Source of the DNA: Heterodontus francisci
Lineage: Eukaryota
DNA: 64,000 nt
NCBI RefSeq assembly: GCF_036365525.1
Contig: NC_090385.1
Coordinates: forward strand, 62,380,170-62,444,169
Direction: 5' to 3'
The position numbers were made by a program, and so were the translations under genes. The notes beneath the pieces are model-generated. The model was given only the letters and a program-made list of their open reading frames with translations, had not been told where the DNA came from and searched no databases. Below, in pieces: positions 1 to 12,352 of the stretch (positions are counted from its first letter, which is position 1; each line of letters begins with the position of its first letter).

Positions 1-170
1 ACAATTCATCATTAGCATTTCTGGTACCTGACACATGGTTTTCCTCCCCTGGTGTGACCACACAATGGACCAGGATGTGGAATCCATGTCCATCCATTAA
101 TGTTTGGATGAGTATAATCCTGTTATGATGTGGCTACTTAGCACCTTCTTTGTTTCAGAAGAACCCATTC

Positions 171-617
171 ACAGAATCACAGAATTGATACAGCACAAAA
201 GGAGGCTAGTCAGCCCATCATGTCTGTACCAGCTCTCTGAATGAGCAATTCACCTAGTGCCACTTCCCTGCCTTCTCCCTGTAACCCTGCACATACTTCC
301 TTCCTAGATAACAGTCTATTCCCTATTGAATGCCTTGATTGAATCTGCCTACATGACACTCTTAGGCAGTGCATTCCAGAGCTTGACCACTCGCTGCATG
401 AAAAAGTTTTTCCTCACGTTGCCATTGCTTCGGTTGGCAATTACCTTAAATATGTGCCCTCTTGTTCTTGTTCCTTTTACGAGTGAGAACAGTTTCTCCC
501 TATCTACTCTGTCCAGACCCCTCATGATTTTGAATACCTCTATCAAATCTCCTTCAGCCTTCTCTTCTCCAAGGAAAACAGTCCCAACTTCTCCAATCTA
601 GCTTCATAACAGAATTC
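171..617 (-). mobile_element. CR1 LINE 3' fragment (ORF2 C-terminus and tail)
   Basis: ORF 349..546 IEVFKIMRGLDRVDREKLF...TRGH...FFMQRVVKLWNALP is the CR1 ORF2 C-terminus; short-repeat tail (acagaatc)n at the left end. Confidence 0.85.
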
Positions 618-918
618 AGGAATGTCTCTTGATGTTTTCAGGATGGGTGTAATTGATACCTCCTCGTCTGGAATGTATCCTTTTATTCTTAACAGACAGT
701 GAGGCAGTGTTCGAATACACAGGCCAGGTCGTTTGACCTTCAGCAGCCATCTTTTGCAACATTGTCCACATTTCTTTAAAAGATAAAGTCAATTTTAAAC
801 AGTCCACCTTGAATAAAGATTGCATCTTAAAAGTAGGAATATGATATGTCTTTACTGGGCATAACACGATTTAAATAAATAAAGGCTCACCAGCTACTAA
901 CCAATCAACTGTTTGTCT

Positions 919-1269
919 TAGAGTCAGAGAGAGATACAGCACTGAAACAGGCCCTTCGGCCCACCGATTCTGTGCCGACCAACAACCACCCACTTATACT
1001 AATCCTACATTAAATCCCATATTCCCTACCACATCCCCACCTTCCCTCAATTCTCCTACCACCTACCTACACTAGGGGCAATTTACCATGGCCAATTTAC
1101 CTATCAACCTGCAAGTCTTTAGCCGTGGGAGGAAACCAGAGCACCCGGCGGAAACCCACGCGGTCACAGGGAGAACTTGCAAACTCCGCACAGGCAGTAC
1201 CCAGAACTAAACCCGGGTCGCTGGATATGTGAGGCTGCGGTGCTAACCACTGTGCCACTGTGCTGCCCC
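919..1269 (-). mobile_element. tRNA-derived V-SINE (HE1-like shark SINE)
   Basis: Reverse strand reads GGCACAGTGGTTAGCAC (A box), GGGTT-type B box, central GGTTTCCTCCCAC..AAAGAC domain and CR1-type tail GGGCCGAAGGGCCTGTTTCAGTGCTGTATCTCT; close to the copies at 13.7 kb and 32.4 kb. Confidence 0.85.
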
Positions 1270-2062
1270 ATCTTGTGCTGACTTTATTTTATAAGGAGGT
1301 TAACTGAAATGTTTTTACTGAACTCTTGTTATCTAAATACCTTAGATTCTATTTTATTGAAAAATTCAGAACCCTTTTGTGTTACTATCCTTTGCTATTA
1401 AATTTTAAGTTTATCTCCTAGATTTGATTAATTAATGGAACACTGATTGTAAAGTGTCAATTTGGCCTGCAAAATTTTTGCCTGCTCCTCAAAAACTGAT
1501 GCTTTCTTTTACCCCGAATACTTCCAACCTCCTCCTTTAAAATTTTGGTGCAGAAACTTTAAAACTGGACACCCTGCTGGAACACTCACCCCTAGATTGG
1601 TGAACTGCCTTAAGGAACACATGCTGCACTCGCAGTTATCTGAGTGAATGTAAATGAGGCCTGACCATGATAATGGTATGGACCCTATGCTGACTCCTTT
1701 GGATGGGCGTATCACATAGCCTGCCCACCACATGCCTGACAAGGCCTCAAGCAAAATATTTCCCCCAGATCTCCTCTATGTACATGGTCATGTAATACAT
1801 TATACTAATATGCTGTGCAACAGAGTAGCAGGATACATGTTTTTATCCATAAGTTTTCTCACATGCAAGTTCTCAATGTTGGGCTGGTCATCGGGGCAAA
1901 GACCCAAGTGCTCACTCAAAATGATGTAGGAAAACTGGCAGGCAACTCACTTAGTGCCTCTGTTCTGCACTTGTGACTAGCTCAACAATAGCATTATCAG
2001 AAACCAATCTCTTGACTAGGAAATTCCATCATCTTTGAACTACTTCTTCAGGACAATTCCTG

Positions 2063-3091
2063 TGTTACGACCTCAGTGAGACCATTAACATCACAATACG
2101 AGATAAGAACCCCAGACCAATTTAAAGAATTACACAACAAGATTTCACATTTTTAGACTTTTATTATAACAACTAAACTGAAAGAAATCCCCATTAACCA
2201 GAAAGTACTTTATAAGTAGCTGATACCCCAAATTACAAAGAAAGGTATTTACTTATTAGAATACTTGAAAACTTCACACCACACTTATACGTTACACAGT
2301 CCTTTTTTGATAGAAAAATCCCAAACTCCTCCCAGTAGCAATGGGTTGGATCTCCCAGACTTTTTCAAAAATCAATGTCCTCTTTGCTCGCTTCTCCAAG
2401 CACTTCCGACCTGGACTTCTGTGAATAAGAAAATTCCTGGTGATCCTGTTGGGCTTTTACTTCTCCACAAGCTTCAACCTTCAAAACAGGTTCAAGTCTT
2501 CGCAACTTTTACTGTACCAGGCTTCCAAGAATAGGTGTCCCCTCTCTCTCTCTCTCTTGAGGCTGCCATCACTGCTTGTCTTTCTTACAGCCTACTCTGA
2601 GGCTGCAATCGCTGGGTTCCCTTTTTATAGCCTGCCTTGAGGCTGCAAATGCTGGTTTTCTCTTACAGCCTGTCTGCCTTCAGAAAATCTGTGAAATTTA
2701 CTTGGACTCAAAAGTCAACAGCTTATTGTCCAGTATCCTATATGCAAAGTCCAGAAGTCTGGTTTCACAGAGCCATCTAGGCCTCCCATTGTTCCCAGGT
2801 GTTAACAGCTGCCTGGTACATTTGCATCTTCAGAATCACTGACTGTTTGCTTTACGACCCAAACGTCTGAGAGGGTGAAACCCATTGTTCTTCAGGTGTT
2901 ATCCCTGCAGTCTCTTTTTTTTAAAAAAGTATTTGATCTGTATTCTCTGTTGTCCTGGTAACCAAGACTTCTGTCTTGTCCTTTCACAGAGTGGATGTGA
3001 GGTCACCTGACTTTCCAAACTCCATCTTAAACTTTTGAAAATCACAATTTTTAAAAACATAATCATGTTACAAAATCTAGCGTTCGTAACA
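2063..3091 (-). mobile_element. Solo LTR (~1.03 kb) with 4-bp TSD CCTG
   Basis: TGTTACGA...TCGTAACA inverted termini; CCTG at 2059-2062 and 3092-3095. Strand inferred only from an AATAAA near 2160. Confidence 0.85.
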
Positions 3092-3509
3092 CCTGTAAAA
3101 ATCTCGTCTGAGATTTTCTCACAGGCCTGCGGAATTGTTTAAAACAAAACATTGAGGAAAAAATGTCATATTTGTGGCATATCGCATCTCATCAGAAACC
3201 TGATTAACCTTGGATTATTCTAGCCCAAGAAACATCTTGTTCTTAATTTCATTTAGGATACTCCACATATATTCTGTCGCAACTTGTACAATAAATCAAG
3301 CCGGTTCTTTTTAGAAATAATCTTGGCTATACTCAAAGATCAGAAAGTCATAACATTTTATCTCTCTGTTCCCCACATCAAGATTATATCCTGTTCTACA
3401 TTATAATTAAAGAAGCAAAGGTAGTAAATTAGTGAGATATTTTGACAAATTCTTTATCTTTGTTACATATACAATAAAGCTATGAATTGTAAATCTATCT
3501 ATCCACAGT

Positions 3510-5315
3510 GGCCCAGTACAACGTCCCATAGCGCTTCACAGGAGCATTATCAAAGAAAATATGACACTGAGTCACAGAAGGAGATATTAGGTCAAAGATA
3601 TAGGTTTTAAGGAGTGTCTTAAAGGAAGAAAGCAAGTAGAGTGGCTGAGAGATGTAGGGATGGAAATTCGAGCTTAGGGCTGAGGCAATTGGAGGCGCGA
3701 CTACCAATGGTGGAGCGATTAAAGTCGGGGATGCTCAAGAGGCCAGAAAAAGATAAGCACAGATATCTCGAAGGATTATGGGCTGGAGGGGAGAACAGAG
3801 ATAGGGAGGGGCGAGGCCATGGAGGGATTTGAAAACATGGATGAATATTTTAAAAGCAAGATGTCGCTTGTCTGGGAGCCAATGCAGGTCAGCAAGCACA
3901 GGGATAGGTGAACAGGACTTGGTGCAAACTAAATCACAGTCAGCAGAGTTCTGGAAGACTTCAAGTTTACGGAGGGTAGAATGTGGGAGACCAGCCAGGA
4001 GTGCATTGGAATAGTCAAGTCTCGAGGTAACAAAGGCATGAGTGAGGGTGTCAGAAGCTGATAAGCTTAGACAGGGATGAAGTCGGGTGATGTTACGGAG
4101 GTTGAAATAGGCAATCATAGTGATGGCACGATCATGTGGTTGGAAGCTCATCTCGGGGTCAAATATGATAATAAGGCTGTGAACAGACTGGTTTAGTCTC
4201 AGACTGTTGCTAGGGAGACGGATGGAGTCGGTAGCTGGAGAACAGAGATTGCAGACTGAAAACAAAGGCGTCAGTCTTTTTGTTTGGAGGATATTTCTGC
4301 ACATCCAGTATTGAATGTCGGATAAGCAATCTGATAATTTAGCAACAGTGGAAGAGTCAAGAGAGGTGGTGGTAAGGTGCAGCTGGGTGTCGTCAGTGTA
4401 TATGTGAAAAGTGTGCTATCAGATGATGTCGTTGAGGGCAGCATGTCGATGTGAAATAGGAGGGGGCCAAGGTTAGATCTTTGGGAGACACCAGAGGTAA
4501 TGATGTGGAAGAAGGAAGGGAAGTCATTGAAGTAATACTCTGGATACGATAGAGAAGAAAGGAAGCAGGTGAGAGCAGTCCCACTTAACTGGATGACAGT
4601 GGAGAGGCGTTGGAGGAGAAAAATGTGATCAACTGTGTCACAGGCTGCATACAGGTTGAGAAGGACAAGGATGGATAGTTTACTTTTGTCACAATCACAT
4701 AATATGTCATTTGTGACTTTGGTAAGAGCTGTGTCAGTATAGTGGAAGGGCGGAAACCTGATTGGAGGGATTCAAACATGGAGTTCCGGGAAAGATGGGC
4801 ACAGATTTGGGAGGCGACAACAGGTTCAAGGACTTTGAAGAGGAAAGGGAGGTTGAAAATGGGGCAGTAGCTTGCAAGGATAGTGATATCAAGGGTTTTT
4901 TGTGAGAGGGGTGATGATGGCAGATTTAAAGGAGAGAGGGAAACACCTGAAGACAAAGAACCATTAACAATACCAGCTAACATGGGAAGGTGGAAGGGAA
5001 GTTGGATGGTCTGCAGTTTAGAGGGAATAGGGTCGAGGGAGCTGGAGGTGGGTCTTAAGGACAAGATGAGCCCGGAGAGGACAAGAGCGGAGATTGAAAA
5101 AAAACTAGAGAAAGATGCAAGTTCAGGGCTAGGGCAAGGGGGAGCTTTAGAAGAAGTTTGGCTGGTGTGCTAGTGGAAGGGAGGGACTTAGTAGTGGCAA
5201 CTGATCGGATGATCTCTACCATACTGGCAAAGAAATCTATGGGCTCCCCACACTTATTGTTGGAGATGAGGGTGGAGGAGACAGGGGATAGGGGTTTAAG
5301 GAGATAGTTTGCGGT
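3510..5315 (-). mobile_element. L2-clade LINE, degraded ORF2 (RT) and 3' end
   Basis: Frameshifted L2 motifs SSLDPIPSKL, NSMFESLQSGFRP, HAFVTSRLDYSNALLAGLP, LADLHWLP. Confidence 0.85.
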
Positions 5316-5665
5316 TTACAAATAGAATAGAAACAGAATACAAAACCTCACCAACCTCACAAAGCCCTGTGACTAATAAATATAACTAACATTTTGTACT
5401 TTTAAAGGTGAGTTTAAAAGGTTCATTGCTATGATTTTTTTTTGTTACTGGCATTTTCCCATTTAAGTCTAGGGAGGTCTGAAAATTATTTCCATCTATG
5501 GTACATACGAGCATATGAATTTAGGAGTAGGAGTAGGCCACTCGGCCCCTCGAGCCTGCTCCAACATTCAACAAGATCATGGCTGATCTGATTGTAACCT
5601 CAACTCCACATTCATGGTTTGTCATTTAATGACATAATGGCAGACCAATCATAAGGAAAGATATT

Positions 5666-6200
5666 GGCCTGGATTTTGCAGTAGTAATTATGGTGAAACT
5701 GGCAGCGTTTGCTGTCATTACCCTTCTGAAACTGACAGCAATTACTGGAGTCAGTTCGTGCGCAGTAAAACGCGGAAATCCAGAAGTTGCTTCTCCATAG
5801 GGTGCACTGTTGAAGGTTCCCTCAGACTGCAATCAAGCAGAAATCACTGAACTGATGAGAACTTGCCCTTTTACATGTCTACTCTTGCTGGAAAAATCCT
5901 TGAAAAAGTTACACCTTGTTAAATGAGGTACAATTTGGTTTTTAACAGTGTACTTACTAAGTTCATAATTACTACTGAAAACCTCTCTGGCCCTGGAAAA
6001 CTAATTTTATATTTGTGGAATGCCATATTTCTTCATTATGATAAATTTCACATATTTTAAAAATATTTCAGTTCCTACCTTAATCCCATGTGTATATCCC
6101 AATCATTTATTTTACTGTCTGTAAAATGTAATTAAAAGTGAAGGATAATCAGTGTATTTTGCTCCATGGCATGCTGTCTGTGAAAATACTTCAATGTGAT
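5666..6200. mobile_element. Non-autonomous DNA transposon (MITE-like, GGCCTGGATTTT terminus), truncated
   Basis: Homologous in reverse orientation to 10388-11980 (shared GCTGTCATTAC, CCAGAAxTTGC and GGTGCACTGTTGAAG blocks); cut by a CR1 fragment at ~6200. Confidence 0.6.
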
Positions 6201-6705
6201 TCCCTTTTAGAAACTACCACTGAATCTGCTTCCACCACCCTTCAAGACAGTGAATTCCAGATCTCATCACTCACTAGGCAAAAGAAAACTTCTCATTTCC
6301 TCCCTGGTTCTTTGGCAATTATCTTAAATCTGTACCCTGTGGTTACCAACCCTCCTGCCAGTGCAAATGGTTTCTATCTGTATTGAAACCCGAACTAATT
6401 TTGACCACCTACCTCTATTAAATGTCTCCTTATCCTTTGCTCCTCTCAGGAAATCAACTCCTCCTTCTCTAGTCTCTCCTAAAGTTCCTCATCCTTGGTA
6501 CCATTCTAGTAAATCTTCTCAAAGGCTTTTACATCTTTCCTGAAATGTGCTGCCCAAATATGGACACCATATGCCAGCTGAGGCCAAGGATTGATTTCTA
6601 AAGCTTTACAATAAATTCCTTGCTTTTGTACTCAATGCCTCTGTTTATAAACCTAAGGATCCTGCATGCATTTTTAACAGCTTTATCAACTTAGCCTACC
6701 TCTAA
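6200..6705 (-). mobile_element. Old CR1 LINE 3' fragment
   Basis: CR1 hallmark stretches gaatctgcttccaccacccttc, tgcccaaa..tggacac..ta..ccagctgagg, ccttgcttttgtactc. Confidence 0.7.
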
Positions 6706-7002
6706 ATATCAGGCCTGAGATGAGCGTGCATCGCATTTGTGATGTTGGCATGGTGAGGATTCAGCAAGTCTCATTTTGGGATGTTTACATAACATCTCAT
6801 GTATCAAGTGAGTGGAGGTGTACCAGTCTCCACAATGGCATACGTGCTCACCACCCAAGACCCTAGTGTCATCCGTGCCAGGCAGGCAATTTGGACAGGT
6901 ACTCATGCTCAAAGGATCACAAAATTAGTTCTATAATCTCTAAACAAATTTTAAACAACAATGGAATACATTTAAAAAATTAACCCATTATTAAAACACA
7001 TT

Positions 7003-7705
7003 GGGCCAAATTTTCATGGAAGAATATCATGGAAGAATTAATGGCATGCCATTATTAATGTGCACATCAGCAAGCATGTTCAGAGGATGAACAAATATGG
7101 TATGAGTTGCACATCTTCATAATTTGCTGGTTGATTTACACTGCTCTGCTGTTTGCCTCCTAGAAACAGCATCTCACGCTGAGCCTCCCCATTAGTTTTA
7201 AGAAATAACTGCATTTGCACGTTAATTGCCCTTTAAACTCACTGCAAAAAGTTAGGGTTCATAGTTAACAGTGTAAGCACCCTTTCGATAGCATGATAAT
7301 TGTTAATACAATGCCAATTCATCTCTCAGGCCCGGAAAGGAGCGATTTAAATTGTTGAGTCCTTCTGCATGTGGTAAACTCTTCCTAGCCATTTTAAAAA
7401 ATTTCAAATGTTGCTTTTTTTTTCTTTTCAGTCTTATTTCTCTTTCTCTCTTCGTCCAATCTTTCTTTCCCTCTTATTATTTCTCTTTCTGTACATGATT
7501 TGACTCTAATTCACCATCATATTCTTTTCTTTGTGTTTCTTTCTCATTGGCCACTAAGGTCTTGGATGCCCCATTGCCATCAACACTCTGTTATCAGCCT
7601 GCACTTTCAGAAACTTATGGGGCAAAAATTTGAGCTCAAGGCTGCAGCAAAACATCTAACTAACGTGCATGTTGCAAGATGCCCGACTCTGGCAAGATTT
7701 GGCTC
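7003..7705. mobile_element. MITE-like element with imperfect TIRs
   Basis: GGGCCAAATTTTC at left versus GCAAGATTTGGCTC at right; no coding capacity. Confidence 0.55.
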
Positions 7706-8360
7706 TTGATGTTTTACATCCCTTTGTTTATTTCCAGTCATCTGTTGAGTTAATCAAAACAATGTCTGTTTGAACAGCAAGAGCTGATTGCCTTGCTGGT
7801 GGAAGGGGGAACTGGCTTAGAGGGATTAGTCTGACAGTCTGTATACACAGTGAAAATACACATTGTTAATGATATCATGAATAATAAAGCAACTATATAG
7901 AATGCCTGCTCTAAAAAGTGCCCATTATTATAACATACTCTGATATCACACAAATCATTTGTGGCTCTGCTTTTAACAGACATGTAACAGATAGCTCACT
8001 TCAATGAGGCGTGCAGCTCCCCAGACATGAAGTCTGTATTTTGAACAAGAACTAAAGTTCATTGAAAACTAAAACATTTGCTGCTTTAATATTTTTAAGA
8101 TAAACTGGACAAAATTACATCTTTCAGAAATGAATAAATTATCATATTCAAAAAAGTATTAAACCCCATCACCCACAAATATGAGATGACAGCAATCCAG
8201 ATTATTTCTTCCTGAATTATTGTCCTAAAGCATAATACCATTCATTCATAAAGCATAAGCTGCTTTCCATTTGAATGATTCCGGCTCTGAGTCCAGTTGT
8301 GCTGGACTATGTAGGGAAAGAAGCGTGATACTGAAAAGGAAGCACAGCAAAGAAACTCAC

Positions 8361-8418
8361 CCGACAAGCCCCCGCCAATGATAATCACATCTTGCTTTCC
8401 ACTGGACATTTTCACCAT
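8361..8418 (-). CDS. First coding exon of a flavin monoamine oxidase (MAO)-like gene; remaining exons not found, probably left of the window
   Basis: ATG GTG AAA ATG TCC AGT GGA AAG CAA GAT GTG ATT ATC ATT GGC GGG GGC TTG TCG G|GTGAGT = MVKMSSGKQDVIIIGGGLS(G). GxGxxG FAD motif; in-frame TAA three codons upstream of the ATG; consensus donor; phase-1 intron at the same glycine as vertebrate MAO exon 1 (DVVVIGGGISG). Confidence 0.75.
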
Positions 8419-9009
8419 GTCTGTTTACACCTGTCTTTTTCTGCAAACGGTCTTGAATGTGGCTGTTTGATGACTTCTGTGGTCTTTGTACAATTTGTTG
8501 GTGTTTGGTTCCAGACTGCAGATAAATCAATCAGTGTTCACTTGTGTGCTCTGGGTTGCACCTGTTCATCCCTTAGACTGCCTGACACAGATGTACTTCT
8601 TTTGTCTCCGTGTGTGAAGTCTCCTGCTCAAGAGGAGGGACCATTGACAGGATTGTTATAGGTTATGCATTTAATGCTTCAAGTGAAGAATCAAAGATGG
8701 GAATCTAATGGGGAAAAACACATAATAACATTACACATAAAAACAGAGAAAGGGATAAAACCAAACACTAAACAGAAATATTAAATTACCTTGCTCAGAG
8801 CTGCCAATTAAGCCATATCCTAAAGTTCTTTAGAGGACTGCATTTCAGATCACAGTGTTGAGCACATTAATTTGTTATTACTATTTAAGCTAAATGTTCC
8901 AATATAGAGACAGAATCCAGACAGATTTATGTTTTACTGGTGAGAATCAGTATATGCCTCAAAAGTTGCATGATCGAGAGCTTATAATAGCTGAATTCAG
9001 GCAACACTG

Positions 9010-9745
9010 AATCACAGAATGGTTACAGCGCAGAAGGAGGCCATTCGGCCCATCGTGTCCACACCGGCTCTCTGAAAGAGCAACTCTCTCAGTTCCATTT
9101 CCCTGCCTTCTCCCCATAACCCTGCACATTCTTCCTTTTCATATAACTGTCTAATTCCCTTTTGAATGCTTCAATTGAATCTGCCTCCAACACGTTCTCA
9201 GGCAGCGCATTCCAGAATTAACCACTGGCTGCGTGACAAGGTTTTTCCTCATGTCACTTTTGCTTCTCTTACCAAATACTTTAAATCTGTGCCCTCTCGT
9301 TCTGGATCCTTTCATGAGTAGAAACAGGTTCTCTCTAGCTACTCTGTCCAGACCCCTCATGATTTTGAATACCTCTATTAAATCACCTCACAGCCTTCTC
9401 TTCTCCAAGAAAAACAGTCCTAACTTCTCCAATCTATCTTCATAACTGAAGTTCCTCATCCCTGGAAACATGCTTGTGAATATTTTCTGTACTCTCTCCA
9501 ACACCCTCACGTCTTTCCTCAAGTGCGGTGCCCAGAATTGGACACAATACTCCAGCTGAGGCTGAACTAGTCTCTTATACAAGTTCAACATAACTTCCTT
9601 GTTCTTGAACTCTATGTCCCTAATAATTAAGCCCAGTATACTGTATGCTTTATTAACCGCGCTCTCAACCTGTCCTGCCACCTTTAATGACTTATGCACA
9701 TATACACCTAGGTCCCTCTGCTCCTGCAACCCCTTTAGAATTGCT
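9010..9745 (-). mobile_element. CR1 LINE 3' fragment
   Basis: ORFs 9388..9729 (QRDLGVYVHKSLK...[16 protein letters not shown]) and 9151..9360. Confidence 0.9.
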
Positions 9746-10134
9746 TAGACCATGTATAATAAAAGTACAGTTTTAACTTCTCAGGAGCTTGACCAGTTAC
9801 CCCAGGATGAATCTATCTTTTCTGGGGATAAGGAATTAGTTATTATAAAATACTTCCGTTTTCTAGCCAGAGGGAACCTGTTAGTAGACCCAACAAGGTA
9901 TTATGGTGTAGCTTTACCAATTCATATTATGATTTGAGACAGCTAATAATATATAAGTAGAACCTCAGAGATCAGCAATATTTGGCATAGGAAGATAGGG
10001 CAATGTAAAGCATTCATAGACACCGAGAGTTTCAAAATTATGCCTTGCATTTTTTAATTGTTGTGTCCAATTGGGAATCAGAAATACTCTTGATAGGAGC
10101 ATAGAGATGGAAAAGAAGGTAAAAAAATGAATGA

Positions 10135-10305
10135 ATGAATTAGTTCATAGTACCTTGTCATGCCCTCATGTCATCCCAAAATACTTTACAACCAACTGAT
10201 TACTTTTTAAGTGCAGTCACTGTTGTGCTGTAGGCAAACATAGCAGCCAACTTTCACATAGCAAGGTCCTACAAACAGCAAATGTGATAAATGACCAAAC
10301 AATCT
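10135..10305 (-). mobile_element. DeuSINE/SacSINE1-like SINE 3' part
   Basis: Reverse complement of the cttcaaaagtacttcattggctgtaaa-type tail seen at 12270-12350. Confidence 0.55.
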
Positions 10306-10387
10306 GGGTCCGATTTTAATTCTGTGTTTGTAAATGGGTTTTGAGTGAGTTAAAATAAGGCCCAGAGGCATACTCCAGAGACATATT

Positions 10388-11980
10388 GAGCTGGATTTTA
10401 GTCAATGGCAAAGCAATGACATTCACCGCTGACCTTGAGAAAAGCCACTTACAAAGATCTAGCAATCTCTGTGGTATGGTCTTCCCCTTTCACAACGTCA
10501 GTTTGAATTTTGCGCCAGGTCAAGGGGATCTCCAGATGTCCAGCAACAATGATGTTATCAAGCAGGGTAATCAATCAAGTATTCTCACAGACAGCAAACC
10601 AGGAAATAAAAGCCACGGAATCCCTTCACTTTTAATGTTTAAATTTTACAGAGTGAAATTAAAAATTGGGACACACATGGGATTAAGGTAGAAGCTAAAA
10701 TATAAGAAATAGACTTTTAAAAAAACATTTTAGAAATAGAATTTATCATAATTTGACATTCAACAAATATAAAATTATACTTTCAGTGCCAGTGAGGCTG
10801 TTTAGCGATAATTCTGAACTTAGTATGCCATTACAAACCTAGGTACACCTCATTCAAAAAGATGTAACTTTTTCAAGGGTTTTACAGTGAGCTTAAGAAC
10901 TTAAGAGTGGAATTTCAGGTCAGGTCAATGATATCTAATTAATTGCATGTTGGAGGTGTTACGACATGACCGCTCAAGACAAAGCCCCAATCAAAATATA
11001 TGATTCTGATTGCAGTGGGAGCAATGCACTGTCAATTCAGTCCCATCACTCCACAGATCGCATAACATAGCACTTTAAAATTTCCAAATTAAAGAAAGCG
11101 ACAGCTGAATTGAACAATCTATTAATCCCTGAATGAGGCAAACCAAACCAGGTATATTTAGATCAACAAATTAACTGTTTATTAGAAAAACTAACTTCTT
11201 AAACACTAAGATAAAAACATTTTTTTAAAAATAGGAAAAATTGGAGTCCTTGCAGATTTACACTTCCTAATGAACAATCCTCTGATTAAAGACCACTTGC
11301 AATCTTCCAGGGTCCGATGAGGAAAGGAAAACAGTCCGACATCCGAAGCCTGAAACTTCTCGTTCTTCCATCGATGACCACAGCAGATCAACAACTCACA
11401 ACCACTTTCAATAGAATCAATCTGACTTTAGAATTTTGAGGGATGAACAATAGTCACAGTTTAAATTCTTCCTTCAGTTTAAATTAACAGAGATCTGTGT
11501 TCAGTTCATGCTGGCCCAGCCGTTTGTCTGTTAGAACAGTCTGTCTTAACAAAAAGCCAGTTTAAATGTTAGTTACAACATTGTATATTGACCCTCAATC
11601 TCTGAGCAGCTTTATCCAAGGCAACCAGGATGCACCTTCTGCAGCTGGCTGGTTACCCCTCTCTGTGTGGTTGTATCCAACAGCAACCCAAATACACCTT
11701 CTCTGTAACTCCTGAGGCTTGCTTGTTCTTAAAGCAGTACTGAGCCTTTTCTGTCTTAAAGACACATTGCATACATCCCCCCGCCAAAAAAAAACAGGAT
11801 CATGATGGATGGACTTCAACAGTGCACCCTCTGGACAAGTGTAGAATCAGTGACAGCAAGGTCTGGATTTCCACATTTAACTACACATCTGCAGACTCCA
11901 GAAATTGCTGTCAGTTTCAGAGACGTAATGACAGCAAATGCTGACAGTTTTGTTGTCATTACTGCTGCAAAATTGAGGCC
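10388..11980. mobile_element. Non-autonomous DNA transposon (MITE-like) interrupted by a solo LTR
   Basis: TIR-like ends GAGCTGGATTTT / AAAATTGAGGCC; colinear with 5666-6200 on both sides of the LTR. Confidence 0.6.
10957..11807. mobile_element. Solo LTR (~850 bp), degraded right end
   Basis: Starts TGTTACGAC like the LTR at 2063; ends ATCATGATG; imperfect TSD GAGG/GATG; splits the host MITE. Confidence 0.6.
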
Positions 11981-12007
11981 AAAATCTAGGCAGATATTTC
12001 AATGAGG

Positions 12008-12352
12008 CAGTGAGGGAATGCTGGAAGTGCTGTCTTTTAGATGAGACATTAAATCATGGCCCAGTCTCTGCTCTCAGCTTGATATTAAGACCTCATGGCG
12101 CTATTTAAGAAGAGCAAGGGTGTACTCCTGGTGTCCTGGTCAACTTTTATCTCTGAGTCAACACTATGAAAAAGAACAGATTACTTGGTCATTAATCTCA
12201 TTGTTGTTTGTGGTATAATGCTGTGCATAAATTACTTACTGTGTTCACCTATACTATAACTATGACAACACTTCAAAAGTACTTCATTGACTGTAAAACC
12301 CTTTGGGACATCCTGAGGTTGTGGAAGGCAAAATATAAATTCTTGTTCTTTC
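12008..12352 (+). mobile_element. DeuSINE/SacSINE1-like SINE
   Basis: gtgctgtctttt.gatgagac.ttaaa, gaagagca.ggg..tcctggtgtcctgg, and an L2-type tail cttcaaaagtacttcattg.ctgtaaa..ctttgggacatcctgagg. Confidence 0.7.

Noticed and set aside
616-867. 83-aa minus-strand ORF as a host exon
   Set aside because: No similarity to MAO or any family I recognise, and no convincing splice sites.
1-8360. MAO exon 2 (LSAAKLL...EARDRVGGRT)
   Set aside because: Searched by eye on the minus strand and not found; probably outside the window, so no further MAO exons are claimed.
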